A DNA stretch of 62,041 bases, counting the filler, from Choristocarpus tenellus KU-1152 (Eukaryota > Protista > Phaeophyceae): the NCBI GenBank assembly GCA_964200185.2. It is 10 parts of 10 records of this genome, joined end to end, with 100 filler letters (N's around TTAATTAATTAA, not from the genome) between each part and the next. Parts side by side here need not be neighbours in the genome. Positions count along the whole stretch, not along the records: positions 1 to 13,193 come from CAXNAD020001558.1; 9 more parts are not named here. One strand, 5' to 3'. Below, piece after piece: positions 1-12,497 of the stretch (within the stretch, counting starts at the first letter, position 1; the number at the start of each line of letters is the position of its first letter). Under the pieces are notes generated by a model. It searched no databases, was not told the DNA's origin, and saw only the letters and a program-made list of their open reading frames with translations. Position numbers and translations under genes: made by a program.

Positions 1-649
1 GGGGGTGGGGGTGGGGGTGGGGGTGGTGGTGAGATTAATCAGTCGTTCTGTCGTTGGAAGATATTATAGAATCATATGTAGAGTAGAGCGTCATAGTAGT
101 GACTAACCCTAAAGTGCTCATACCAGTAAAAAAAATTCCACAATAACAAGACATGAAATAGTAGAGTAGCATCTTTCTCTTTCACAAATAGTTGAAACAT
201 TACCTTCACAATGGCTAATACTACTTGAATGTCACTTTGCAATGGGTGCAGCGTTGTCATGTTAACTCCAAGAATCTCCCTTACAACATTGGAAATTGAG
301 TTAAAATAGTGCAACTGCGTATTGACCTTGCATTAACAACCCTAACCCTAACCCTAACAACCCTACAGTCTGAAGCGATTCTGTATCTCAACAGGATTTC
401 ATCATCCCAACAGCTGCACTACAATCTGATCAACACCATGCCAAGCAGGAATGTCATCCAGTGTATGAAAAACGTCCACATCTACACAGTTACCGCTCTA
501 ACAAGTTACTAAATCTACAAATATATCCTCACAACAATGAAAACACCACTACTACATCAACAACACACACAGTACTTCGATAGGACACGCTTCATGAAAT
601 AAATAAATAAACCAAGGTTTTTCCAACCAAGTTGGCGTAACACTTGCAC

Positions 650-3600
650 CTTGCAGGTAGTGCCAGCGCCCTCATCCTTGAAGTCTCCACCAGACACAAC
701 GCCTGTCTTGGTGAACCACTTCCAAGCTGCACCAGGCTGGCCCCCATTGCAGCCCATGCTGGAGAACATAATAACACAGAGAAAGAAACAAACACAACGC
801 AGGTGACACAAAGGGCAAGACAAAAACCCTAACCCTAACCTAAGAATAATAATGAAGTAGGTACACCAATGGAAGTAGCAGGCGTGTTTGCTTGGTGTAC
901 ATTCAGGACACCACAAGATAGTATCGTTGAAAAAAAAACAACCTTCTTGAACCCCTCCAAGTTATCGCATCATCTATCAACAAAACCCAACAAACAATAA
1001 TAAATAACAAATATCAATATAAGAATACTGTATCACTGTAGGCATGTACCCACACACCTGAGACCACAAAATAATCCATGACAGCATGCAGTAGTGTCTT
1101 CAGCACTAAGCATAGACAGGTAGTCCGTCTCCTCTCTGTTCTCCTTGATCCCTGCAAAGTGTGGAAGCAACTGCTCTTCAGTTACATACGCTACCTCCTA
1201 ACCCTAACCCTATATTTCTACAACTGATGGAAATATTGATAACAAAAAAATTACCGTTTTGAGAGGAGTCACTATCACAAAAATATTACAATAAAAATGA
1301 TCAATTGATGAAGGGACAGTTGCGAGTCGGAGACAACACACAGACCAACATCCGTAGGGTTAGGGTTAGGGAGACCCTTCCGACAGCACTAACTTTTTCC
1401 AAGTTGTAACTGAAGACCTAAAAAAAAAAAGCACTTCCACAGTGCAAGGTTAGATATTACTACGTAATATACATAATGCCTTATACATACATACATTTAT
1501 GAAAGTATAAAATATTCACAATTGTTACCACGCTGCTTACTTTTCTCATGCTCACTGAAAAGAGTATATAGTAGTACCCTAACCCTAACCCTAACTCCAA
1601 CTCCCACACGAAGGGGAACTCCCCGTCATTCAAATGGTGCAGTGCACTGGCTATAAAATTAATAATAAAACTAACCCTTCCATTTCGAGAAAAAACAGCC
1701 CCTTGCAAAAAATCACACCCCCCCCAACACCAGAAACATCCCTAACCCTTACCCTTGATACACCTCCGGTCATTGAAGGCCTCAGTTGAACCAAACGCCC
1801 AGCAGCTGCCGCAGTCACTCTGGTCCCTCACTCGACCAATCACCTGCAAACAGAACATCAACAGAACAACCAGTCGACATCTTGGGTGTTCTTTCTAGGC
1901 ACTACACATAAACAGATGAGAACCGGGTTTAGGGTTAGGGTTCTTCATTCTAAAGAACTTTACGGTAAATTCAGGGTCAGGGTGCTGGCGCAAAGCAAAC
2001 TACCCTAACCATTTGTTCAATCCCTAACCCTAACCCTATGTTTCAGATCACCTCAGCACACTGTGGGTAGGCTTCCCTGGCGTCGAAGTGTGCTGGAATA
2101 TCGTCATCCCTGTTGGTAAACACCTTCGCGGCATCAACAACACCAGACGTCAAAGAAGACCTGCTGCTACCCCTCAACCTCCGCTGATCTGAGACAAGAC
2201 CTTCTTTCACAACAGTACTCCCCTTAATGCTGCTCTTGGGGTACTTCCTGATAGGATTAGGATTAGGATTAGGGTTAGGGTTAGAAAAGCGGTTTGTGTC
2301 AAAATGTTTCGGAAGCCAGGCTCAATTTCATCAAGTCATGTTCCATGTTCCATGTTGTTATGATTATCAGAAGATGCCAACTCTTGTCCACACTTCCTAT
2401 TCCTTACAGGTTAGGGTTACATCATTACTCCACAGCATCGCAGTCTTAATACTAAAAAAATACATAGTGTTTAGTGTTAGGGACATGCAACATGCAACCA
2501 TAACCCTTGCAACTACTCCAAAACTGTGTGTCTCTGTCACAGGGCCCCCAACAAGGCAGAGAAAGCAAAACATCCCTCCAGGTGAAGGGGTCAGTGGTAG
2601 TTCCCACACAAGGGCAAGGGTGTCACATACCAACACCGTGGGATCCTCCGCGTCAATTTGTTTTCTTGCAATCAAATCTTGGTTGCACCAATGTGTACCC
2701 ATCCCTTGTGATACACTTGGCCACAAGAATTAGACGGGAGTCAACCAACCAATCAGATTCCCTCACATCTCACATTAACAACAGAACCAATACTTAGTCA
2801 TAACCCCAAGTCGACCAACCAATCAGATTCCCCCATAACTCACAGCAACGACAGAACCAATACTTGCATCTCACATCTATCAAGTCATTGGGACCTGTCT
2901 CGTACCATTTCACCATGCAAGCTAATCACAAGGGGGTCCTACTTGCAAAAGCAGATGTATCGCCAATTGTGGGACTAAGACAAGTGCCTACCTGATCATG
3001 GACAAAGGAGTGCCACCATAGGGGTCATGAAACTACCTCTCTCAACAATGATTAGTGATAGGGTCATGTACAGACAGTCCTACATGGTGCCAAAACGCTG
3101 TTGAGGGTCTAAGAGTAGACAATGTCATGTACAGAAGGTAACAAGAGCCATTCTAGTTGTCTACTTGGAATTCTTCACCCTAAGGGAACGAGGCTTGTCT
3201 AGCATCATTTCGATCATTGCAATAAACCCTAACCCTATCACTCAAGTAAAAGGACACCCACCAAAAAGCACATTAATACCACACACCACATCATCACCTG
3301 ACCACACTTTTTGAGTATCATTTCAACTGTTTAACCAAACGTTTTAACACTGTTTTAAGTTAACAAAAACAGCAATCCTTTCACAGCACACCTTCCATAA
3401 GGAGTTAAATTGCTTCAGTCACTACTAAGGGTAGGCCTTGCTGTGCCCGTGTGACCTATATGACATCATCATAGTTCATCTCATTCTCATTCTCACTCTC
3501 ACCCTAACCCTTCTTCATTTCCATCACAAGGTTAGGTTTAAGGTTAGCCCACTCAGACACACTAGAAATACCAGCGGGTTGAATCAACCATGTGGAAGTA

Positions 3601-4926
3601 CAAGAGCACTGTCCTCAACCCACAGTAGTTGGCCCAAGTATAGGGTTAGGGTCCTTAGCATTAGGGTTAGTCAAGAACAGTGGATACATTAATAGTAGAA
3701 TTGATAACAAGTTTCAGCAGGTAGGGTAGTCAATCCAACTTACTCAGGGTTAGGGTCAGGGTTCTTCTCAACAAAACCTCCCCAACAACATCACCAAACG
3801 GTAAGCTGAAGTGTTCCTTCAATCTTCACTGGGAACTAAACCCCACCTAGCCTTGAAAACAGCAACAATACTTTCTCATTACCAATGCCTTTCCATCATT
3901 GGTAAAAATTACAGTACAGAAGTGGAAAAAGAAGACATACACATCTCGCAAGAATAACATAAAAAGTGGCAGTGTAGGAAATGACAAAGGTACAAGATTT
4001 AATCTGAAAGGAAACACATTGCCAGTCCCCCTGAGTATTGAGGAGTTTAATACCCTCTCTTACGTTAACATTAACACCTCAGTACAATAGATGAAAAAGT
4101 AACTGCCAGCCTCTCTTAGTAACATTTAATACCTCAGTGCAATAGATGAAAGTGTAACTCTACAGAGAGCTTCATTCATTCAAGAAAAATCCAAGGTGTA
4201 AGGAAATGCAGTAAAAAAACAAGCCAAATTCAAAAAATGTAAAAAACATACCTCTGAGGGAGTTCCTCAAAGTATGGGTGGCCACGCATTATAGTTCCTC
4301 CAGCAATACGCCTGACAAGGTGAAGGACAAAGGGTTAGGGTTAGGGTTCAAAACAAAGGAAACAACAAAGACATGGAATGCACAATCCTAACCCTAACAC
4401 TAGTAAGAAAAAAAAACAACCAACAAGTATGTCCTTTGTCAGACCCCTTAGAACGCATTCACAGCAACCAAACTTTCACCAGAGGTGCAACATCCTACAG
4501 AATTTCATGCAGCACTACCCACACAAACAACCCTAACCCTAACCCTAATGGACTGTCTACCTAACCCTGAACGCAGAGGAAATGCCACTGCCTCCTTGCC
4601 TGACCACAAAACAAGCACGCCTACCCACATAACACAAAACCCTCAAATCTCCACTTCATCTCAACCGGAGTGCATGCACATGGAACGTAAGTTCCCAACC
4701 CTAACCCTAACCCTTCAGACCCAGAAACCCCTCCAAAAACCCTAAACTTAAAATTTCAAAACCCTTTGCTGCTGACTCTAAAGCCCAGGCCACACCTTGC
4801 ATCTGCCACTGAATAACCTTCAAATCGTGGAGACATCGCAGCAGTCCAGCTCACACCAGGCATGGAGTTCACCGTATTGACAAGGCTTGTTTCGATTGCT
4901 GGCACAGCAGTCGGCTCAGCAAGTCC
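650..4926 (-). CDS. Cathepsin B-like cysteine protease (papain family C1A); 3' end lies outside the window, first exon unresolved
   Basis: Six GT-AG exons with consistent phases: 4926-4796, 4311-4252, 2247-2052, 1843-1753, 1151-1058, 758-650. The spliced protein has a propeptide ([14 protein letters not shown]...RFEGYS), mature start [14 protein letters not shown], catalytic motif [23 protein letters not shown] and [23 protein letters not shown], all cathepsin B hallmarks. The signal-peptide exon (probably ~4990-5100) was not resolved. Confidence 0.93.
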
Positions 4927-5121
4927 CTGAGTCACATTCACGTGAGGAGCAACCGGTGAGATAAGACCTCTGACTCTGACTCTGACTCACGGCATCGACA
5001 TCAAAATATTTCAAGCAACAAAGTTTTTGGAAGGCGTTTTCTCTTCCTCCCATTGGTACCCAGCTGTCAACGTTGCCGATAGCGCTTCTAAAAACATGCT
5101 TCTCCTGATGCTTTTTTGTGA

Positions 5122-5277
5122 GAGAGTTGTCAGTCTGTCACACTCGCTACAATCATGGTGTCTTAGACTACCTAGAAATTAGGGTTAGGGTTAGGGTTAA
5201 CCCTAAGTGAGAGTTGTCAGTCTGTCACACTCGCTACAATCATGGTGTCTTAGACTACCTAGAAATTAGGGTTAGGG
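5122..5277. repeat. Perfect 69-bp direct duplication separated by the telomeric palindrome TTAGGGTTAACCCTAA
   Basis: 5122-5190 is identical to 5209-5277. The spacer 5191-5206 is its own reverse complement. Confidence 0.92.
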
Positions 5278-5704
5278 ACTGATCGTTATGCCTACTGACG
5301 AATGGGTACACATCTGTCTCGGACAATACCTAACCCAACAACGTCAAGGTTGAGGTGTCAATGCAGTTAAAAAAAAAAAAACGGTTCTTTTTGTGCTGGC
5401 TCTAAATGTGGGGGAGGTTGATTCTAGAATATTCTACTGGTGTACATGTTGATATAAAGATGAACAACAGTGGGTAGTGGGTAGTGGCTAGGGTTCGGGT
5501 TAGCAGCTTGGGCCAGGTAGGGTTGATGCACAATCAGTGTTTCACATGGTATCTACAAAAAGAAATGGGATAAAAAACCTCCTGCAGTCCTCTCTTGAAC
5601 ACTTGGGGGAACTCCCTCCGCATAGACTGTCAGGGTTAGGGCTAGGCTTAGGGCTAGTCAAAACACTCCCCGATGGAGCACATGCATTTCATGGCGGTAG
5701 ATGC

Positions 5705-5770
5705 ATTTGATTGGCTAGATGCAACACAGTGACACGGAACGGAAGCCAATCAAATGAGTCTGATTGGTCT
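5705..5770. promoter_or_regulatory. Cluster of three CCAAT boxes in the putative bidirectional promoter
   Basis: GATTGGCT (~5709), AGCCAATC (~5743) and GATTGGTC (~5762) fall within about 60 bp between two divergent genes. Function is inferred. Confidence 0.35.
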
Positions 5771-5899
5771 AGTTCTTGCTTCGGATAAATTTTGTCCTCC
5801 GCAAAATCAACCTCGAAAAGATCACACAAAATAGCTCAGGGTTGGTCAGACAATGAGTGAGTGAATGACACACAAGCGAGGACTGTAGAGGAGCAACGA

Positions 5900-8800
5900 A
5901 TGGCGGGGGTGTAAAAGAGGGATGAAATCACATCACATTACACACACACACACTTCGACCCTAACCCTAACCCTAACCCTAGCAAAGGATCGAGTCGTGC
6001 TGAAAGGCACGATAAAAGACCATCAAACCTGTGGGCAATAGAATCAAAGCAACCTGAGTGCGTGTGTGAGCACTGGCTAGGAACCCTAACCCTAAGTAAT
6101 ACTGAGGAAACACTATGCACTCGCCCCTACCTAATGCAAACAAGCCAAGCCTTCTATCTGAACACAAACAAAACTTTCCCAAGAACACAAAAACCATTCA
6201 ACAACTGTCTGTCAGTCCGCCACGGAGACTCACAAACACGCTCTCTCTCTCTCTCTCTCTCGATAGAACAGAATATCCCATCAAATCTCAAAAGTATTTT
6301 TTATTATGTTTTCACCGGCTGGCACGACAAGGATACAAAAAAAAACCCAAAATGCCTTTCAACCCCACTGAAAAAATCCCATCCAACACACAGACGACTT
6401 CAAGCAAGTGGCACTTCTGTGACTCTAGCCTTGGAAGGGGAGGGGTAAGACTCGAAAATGGATGCTATCTACATCCCAATAACAGCAATAAAAACAAGGT
6501 AAACATCCCTCCCAAGTACTATAAAACAGTGCTAACGCGTACCATGAGACTCTCTTCAGCAGCTCTTGTGGCCCCCCCAAGACAAAGAACACCCTCTTTG
6601 TGCTCGGGATTGGTGATGTGTACCCTCCAGTTTGTGGGTTCGTTCACTGACACAGAGAAGGCTTGGGGCAAAAAAACAAACAAACAAACAGAAAAGTAAG
6701 AACTGTAACCATGGCAGTAAATCATCCAGTATATACATCCTTGATTTGGGGACAACAGTTCTAACACGCATAAGACAAAAAAGAGAGCAAGAGGGACTGA
6801 GTAAGGGCACTGAAATAAGTAGATTTTGATCAATGAAATCCTTGACACTCGGGGTGTTGGCAGGATTAAGGAGCAAACAGCAGTGTCCAAGAGAAAGAAC
6901 ACGCTTGTTTGACCACTCCCCCACAAAATAAATTTCTTGTGGACAATTCTGACTGTACTGACAAAGGTCCTCAAGTGAGATTGTGTGGCGCAATCAACTC
7001 CGTCCTTTTGGGGGATTTTAGATATCAAAGACAGGACCCTGTAATCATAGGGTACATAGGGCGTGTAGGGTATAGACTGTCCAAGGATATTTAAAACAAA
7101 AATCATGTGTTCCAAATAGTCTGGAGAGGCGAAATACCTGAATTATAGTGGTTAGCATGTGCAACAGAGCTGGTTTCGATTTCTGCTGATCGCACCGGTT
7201 GAAAGATCTCCCCTTCAATCTCAATCGATCTCAAACACAAAATTCGACTTGATCTGCCCCGACACCTAGCCCCATTAAAATGTATGCACATTAAAAAAGG
7301 AAAAGTGCGAGCTGAGGGAGCCTAGGACTTGTGACACAACGTCATGCCAGCAGGTAGGATAGCAATTGTTGCAGAAAGGGTCATATTAGTACCATACACC
7401 GATCAATGGTGCCAACCAAGAAACGGTGAAGAACTAATGGATGATATATATCTTACAGGAGTGGGATGCAGGCTTAGAAAAACGTTGTAACAATTCACAA
7501 CAATTCCTATGGGTTCACTCTCATGCTGTGCTCCTTTGCACGAAATGGCATCACGACCTCTGGGGGAGACGACAACACAAGGACAACTAGAATGTGGCGT
7601 TGTTCATCAAACTCGATTGGGGAGTTGAACGTGAATAGGCCCAAGTCAGGAATGAGTTAACACCACACTACCTATGCAAGACCTACCATTCCATGTAGCC
7701 GTGCCCTCGAAAGAATCTCCAGTCCCATGAGAACAATCGACCCCAACAAAGTCGTCGCATAGGTCGAACTTCAAGGTGCTTCGTTGATTTAAATCTCCTG
7801 TGTCCACCTGCTCGGGGTGCGCGAGGACAACAACTTTAAGCACTCACTTAAGCGGGTCAGTGCATCAACAGAAAAGACATGGTCATCTAAAGGCCTGTAA
7901 GTACAGGTCTCCCACACATCGAGCAAACTGAATAAAGAGTTAACCAGAACTCACATTAGTGCCCAGATTCGACACGTCCACCTCATAACTCGTACCCAGG
8001 GAAAGTCTTGGTGCTTTGCCGGAGATCACCAGAGAAATCGGGGCCCCAGGATACTCGATCACTGGGTTGATGTGAAGGAATTCAACTTGAAGACTTGAAC
8101 TGATGAGAAAGCACCAAAAAATGAAGTGGACGTCAGAGAGGCATCCGCAAGGGAAGACGGAGAATTTTCCCTCAACCACATACAACAACAGGTAATTTAG
8201 ACTTGGACGTATTCCTTATCCTGAGCTTTCGCTGTCAGGATCGATAAATTTTCGACCTCAATGCAAGAGTGTTGTCAATAGGAAATTGAAACCTGTCTTC
8301 TCACCTGGCACCATTGTGCGAGCAGTAGAAGCCAGTCCGGATTTCTTCCTGTCCCCTGACTAGCACGTTCACCAACAGGCCTCCGATCAGTGTAAGCGCT
8401 TTGCTTGCCATGGTGATAGACCTCGTCTTTTCGATATCCTCCACGTAATGTGACCCCTTCATCACAACTACAATCCCCGACAATCAAAGGGTTAGGGAAT
8501 ATAATCTTGACTTGAAAAATAAACTACCACCTCCCAACGAACATTGTTTGTTATTTGCCCAATCACACCCTCTCAGTGAACCCACCCTCGCCAAGCGCAG
8601 GGCGGGCTTCTGCGGAAGCACGCTAGGGGGATTGCAACAATGAATTTTCACTTACTGAGCGAGAACGAATTCTGGTCCGCCACGGCCGATTGGAGGGCCG
8701 ACCTGGAGACCCTACCCTCTGTCGGTCACATCTTGGACTGCATCGAGCACTGCATGATAGCAGCCACTTTTAACACGTTCGAGGCACCAGCAGCCCAGCG

Positions 8801-11800
8801 ATTGTTTGAGAAGAAGATCCTTCCTGGGTGTGTTGCTTGTCTATGTCAATCGACTCTTTCATGCCCGTGTCTTTTGTCCAGGAACCGCTGAGGTGGCTCT
8901 ATCTTCACTATACCTACCTGCAGCGTCTCTACCAACCTCGGCCTCAAAGTTGCCGTGATATGAATACTGCCAAGAAATGCATATTCCAGACCGATTGGGC
9001 AAATGTCGACCTTTTGTTGCCTCAGCTCGCATGTCTGACTGTGTCAAGGACGTCTCAGCCGCTTGTTCGGACTTTGCATATCCTATCCCTCTGGGAGTGT
9101 GTTCAAATCTTCTTCCAGATTGTCTTTATGAGACAGGAGATTGATTAATTTGCCTCATGATAGTCGTCCTTGGTTCTGGATGGGACGACGATTCCAATTT
9201 TACCTCCCTCTACTGTCCGGGTAACAACCGTTGAGATGCTACCTGCCCCGCTCAGTTCCACCCACTCCTGTATTCAAAACTCTCGCATCCCCCTCCCTTT
9301 CTTGAGGTTATATTCTTCTTTCTAGGTTATCGTGTGGAAACGAGGCGCTCCACCGCACCTTCGTGTAAGGTCATAGCGACTAACCTCTTCAATCCTTCTT
9401 TCATCAATCCAGACACCGTCTTACCTTCCGATTCTTACTTATTGTCCAAGAATGCTGCAGTTATGTCTCAATCATCCAATGAAGCCTTTTCTAACTCTCC
9501 ATGCATCTTCCCCTACCCTTCTTCCTTCATTGGTTATGCTGGTTGCTTGCCACTTTCGACGTCACTGTTTACTCGTTACGTCAGTGCGGTGTTGGCGGTG
9601 ATGACACGGAGCGATGTGGTGGACGAGCAACAAGTCGCATCGTTTCTACAGCACATGGTGCAATTTTTCCTGCGCACCGTTGAAAGGGCAAGTCTTTTAT
9701 CTCCTTAGCAGGCAGATGGAACGGGGTAAATTGTTGTTGCGATGCAGTTGGTCTTGTGGCATATACTCCTCGGGATGCCGACTTTCCCTGATAGTGGAAG
9801 TCCTATCCCTAACCCTAACCTTATCCCTCTATCCAAAACTTTGAGGCAGACTATGTTCTTGATTTCATAGGTGGTGTTCACAGATTTAGCTGATGTGACT
9901 AGTCCTGGTCTTGAGTCTATGTGATTCCAGCTCAAGTCAGCATCCTCTCGTGATTTGATTTCTTGCACATGTCCACTTCCTCATCTCACACATCTTTTTA
10001 CCCAGTCAGTTGTTCGTAGCATCATCCATTCCTGCCCCTCCCCTTTCTACTGATCATACTCCTAACCCATTTCAAGAATTTATTGCTAGGAAACCCTAAC
10101 CCCTAGCTGTAATCTTTCTGAGGTCAAGATATTCATTTTTTCAGATTTCTTTCCTAGACAACACAATCAAAGTATATTGATTTCCCCCCCCCCCATCAAC
10201 CCTAACCCTAAGAATGGATATACTATGTCCAGATCTTCCCCAGGTCTGAAGCCTTTGCAGTGTATTGCCCTTTCAACTCGAAATGATTGATTCTTCCCCA
10301 GATGAATAACAATGATACGATTGACAGGTTGAGGGGACATGTCTCACCCAGGTAAACATTTGTGGTAAGTAGACTTGTCAAGTCATAGGGGCTCACATAA
10401 AAAGAGATGTTTGACCAATATAATGTCTTCAATCCTGCATTGAGCCAACGAAATTCCATGTCCCTTGAAAAATAACCCTTTCCCTTCCACATCCCTGTGT
10501 GTTGATTGGGTTCATTTCATTCTCCATTTTTTTTTCTTCTTTGCTGGTCCCAAGTCACCTCACAGTAGTGGACCTTTTAACCCGGTATTCATCTCCCTCC
10601 TCAGATCCCTTATTCAACGTTCTTCCTCTTACTGTGTTTTGTGCAGGACAATGAGGAGCTGCTAGATGCCCTCCGTGCTGTGTTGATATTTCGTCTACCA
10701 GATGAGAGACAGATTAGGGCGAGAGGGACTGTGCCCAATGATATGATCGTTGAACCTTACGAGTTCTACCAGAATCATGGGTAGGAATGTATTGGGGTTA
10801 GGGTTAGTCGACGACGTGTTTAACCAGTCATGATGTTGCGATGTTTGGGTGGGGGATTGTGGTAGTTGGGTGGGTGGGGGGGGTGTGGGGGGGGGGGGGG
10901 GGGGGGGGGGGGAGGGGGAAGGAGTTTGTGCAGGGGAGACAAGAGTGATGCCAGAATTTTATGTTAGTAGGAAAAAATAGGTTACAAGGAGAAATACCGC
11001 CTGCTGGGCGAAGGTGAGATAGAAGACTATTTCATTGGTCTAAGCCCTGTGCTTTCTCTAACGGGTACATCGTTCATAGTCTAGGGTTAGGGCTTCGAGA
11101 AGGATTGAGGGTTAGGGCGTGTGCGAATATAGTGTGTGACCAAGCACTTGCGTGTGTTGTATTGAAGGCGTGCGTGTGCGACCATGTAAACAAGGCTTAT
11201 AGACAGTTTTATATCCTTGCAACCCTGAGTCTGAACTTCCATGATGCACTTAGGGTTAGGGTTAGAGTAGGGAGGGAGGAAAATAGGTAAGCATTCCTGT
11301 ATGTGAAGAATGTTTTTTTTTTTTTTTTTTCGGTATTTGCTGGGAGTGAATCCAACTTGTGACGATGGGTTGATGGTGGGTTACGTTGTAGTGTTAGGGT
11401 TAGGTTTGAGTCAGTCGGGTAGATGGGTTAGGGTTAGGGTTTTGTGTTTTAGGGTTAGGGTTAGGGTGTGATTCAATTTTGAATTGGGGGTGTTTCCATC
11501 CGTTGCCGCATTTGTTCGATATGAATCTTCCTGTTAGGGTTAGGGTTACCAACATGCACTGATCTATCTCTCACGTGTGTTAGACGTGACTTGACGCACG
11601 CACTGTCCCTATGGTAGAGATTGGATCAGTGCATGGTTGGGGTTTTGGATTACCATCAGGTTGAATACATAACTTAACCTGTGCAGGTATTCCCTCAACT
11701 GCTTGAACCTGTGCGACTAAGTGTGACTAAGTGTGACGAATAGTCACCAGTTGCATCCTTGTTTTTTTTTTTGCAATTGTGTTGTGAGCGAGAGCATATA

Positions 11801-12445
11801 CGCGTGTGTGTTGCATGAACTCTGGTTGTCTATACCTTGGGTTTTTGTAAGCTCCTGTGAGGCGTTGTTGCTCGAAGACCTTAGGCACCTTCCTTGTGTC
11901 TATGCATATGTACATGTGCATGTTTTGCAAGTAGCAGTGCTCCAGGGCATGATGCGAGCCGCCCAGGGGCTGTTGCTATAATGCCTGTCCTCTCCCCTGT
12001 TACAAGAGTATAACACCAGAGTGGTAGCACACTGTGACCTACCTAGGGTTAGGGTTAGGGTTCGTGCTCCCGTGTCGATAAGGGTTAGGATTTACCGTGT
12101 GTTCTATTTTTGTCCCATCCCTAACCCTAACCTTATTTATGGTATGTTCTCGACCACTCACTCTCATTCTCAATCTTAGGGTTAGGGTTAGGGTTAGGGT
12201 TATTCAAGAGTTGAACAATAGGTGACAAAGGTCCATGTGATTTGCGCTGAAATTTTAGTTGGTCATATCGACGTTTATCGTTTTGTGACAGTTGATCAGC
12301 GCCTGCTTTTCATTCTGTTGACCTGTAGTGGATTGCGTTATTTTACGTCTTAGGGTTAGGGTTATCTTACAGGTACATGCTTGGTGCCTGGAAGTAATTG
12401 AAGGAGTATTACTCAGACTCAGGTTCAGACCCACATAAACATGCA

Positions 12446-12497
<52 letters not shown>

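Larger units (their letters stand above)
334..12365. repeat. Dispersed short interstitial telomeric tracts (TTAGGG)2-5 / (CCCTAA)2-5
   Basis: About 40 tracts by manual count, e.g. 339, 826, 1197, 1355, 1576, 2022, 2253-2284, 4331, 4529, 4697, 5179, 5958, 9807, 11250, 11425, 12044, 12176, 12350. Both orientations occur; none lies in a mapped exon. Confidence 0.95.

Noticed and set aside
1-30. (GGGGGT)n at the window start as a true telomere
   Set aside because: It does not match TTAGGG, and cathepsin B continues past this point; it is a G-rich microsatellite in an intron.
2740-2865. Small ~70-bp imperfect duplications (also ~4050-4160 and 39130-39350)
   Set aside because: Ordinary local tandem duplications with no further structure.
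309-6197. ORFs with LTLTLT, LGLGLG, VRVRV or PNPNP runs
   Set aside because: These are translations of telomeric hexamers in introns, or antisense shadows of real exons.
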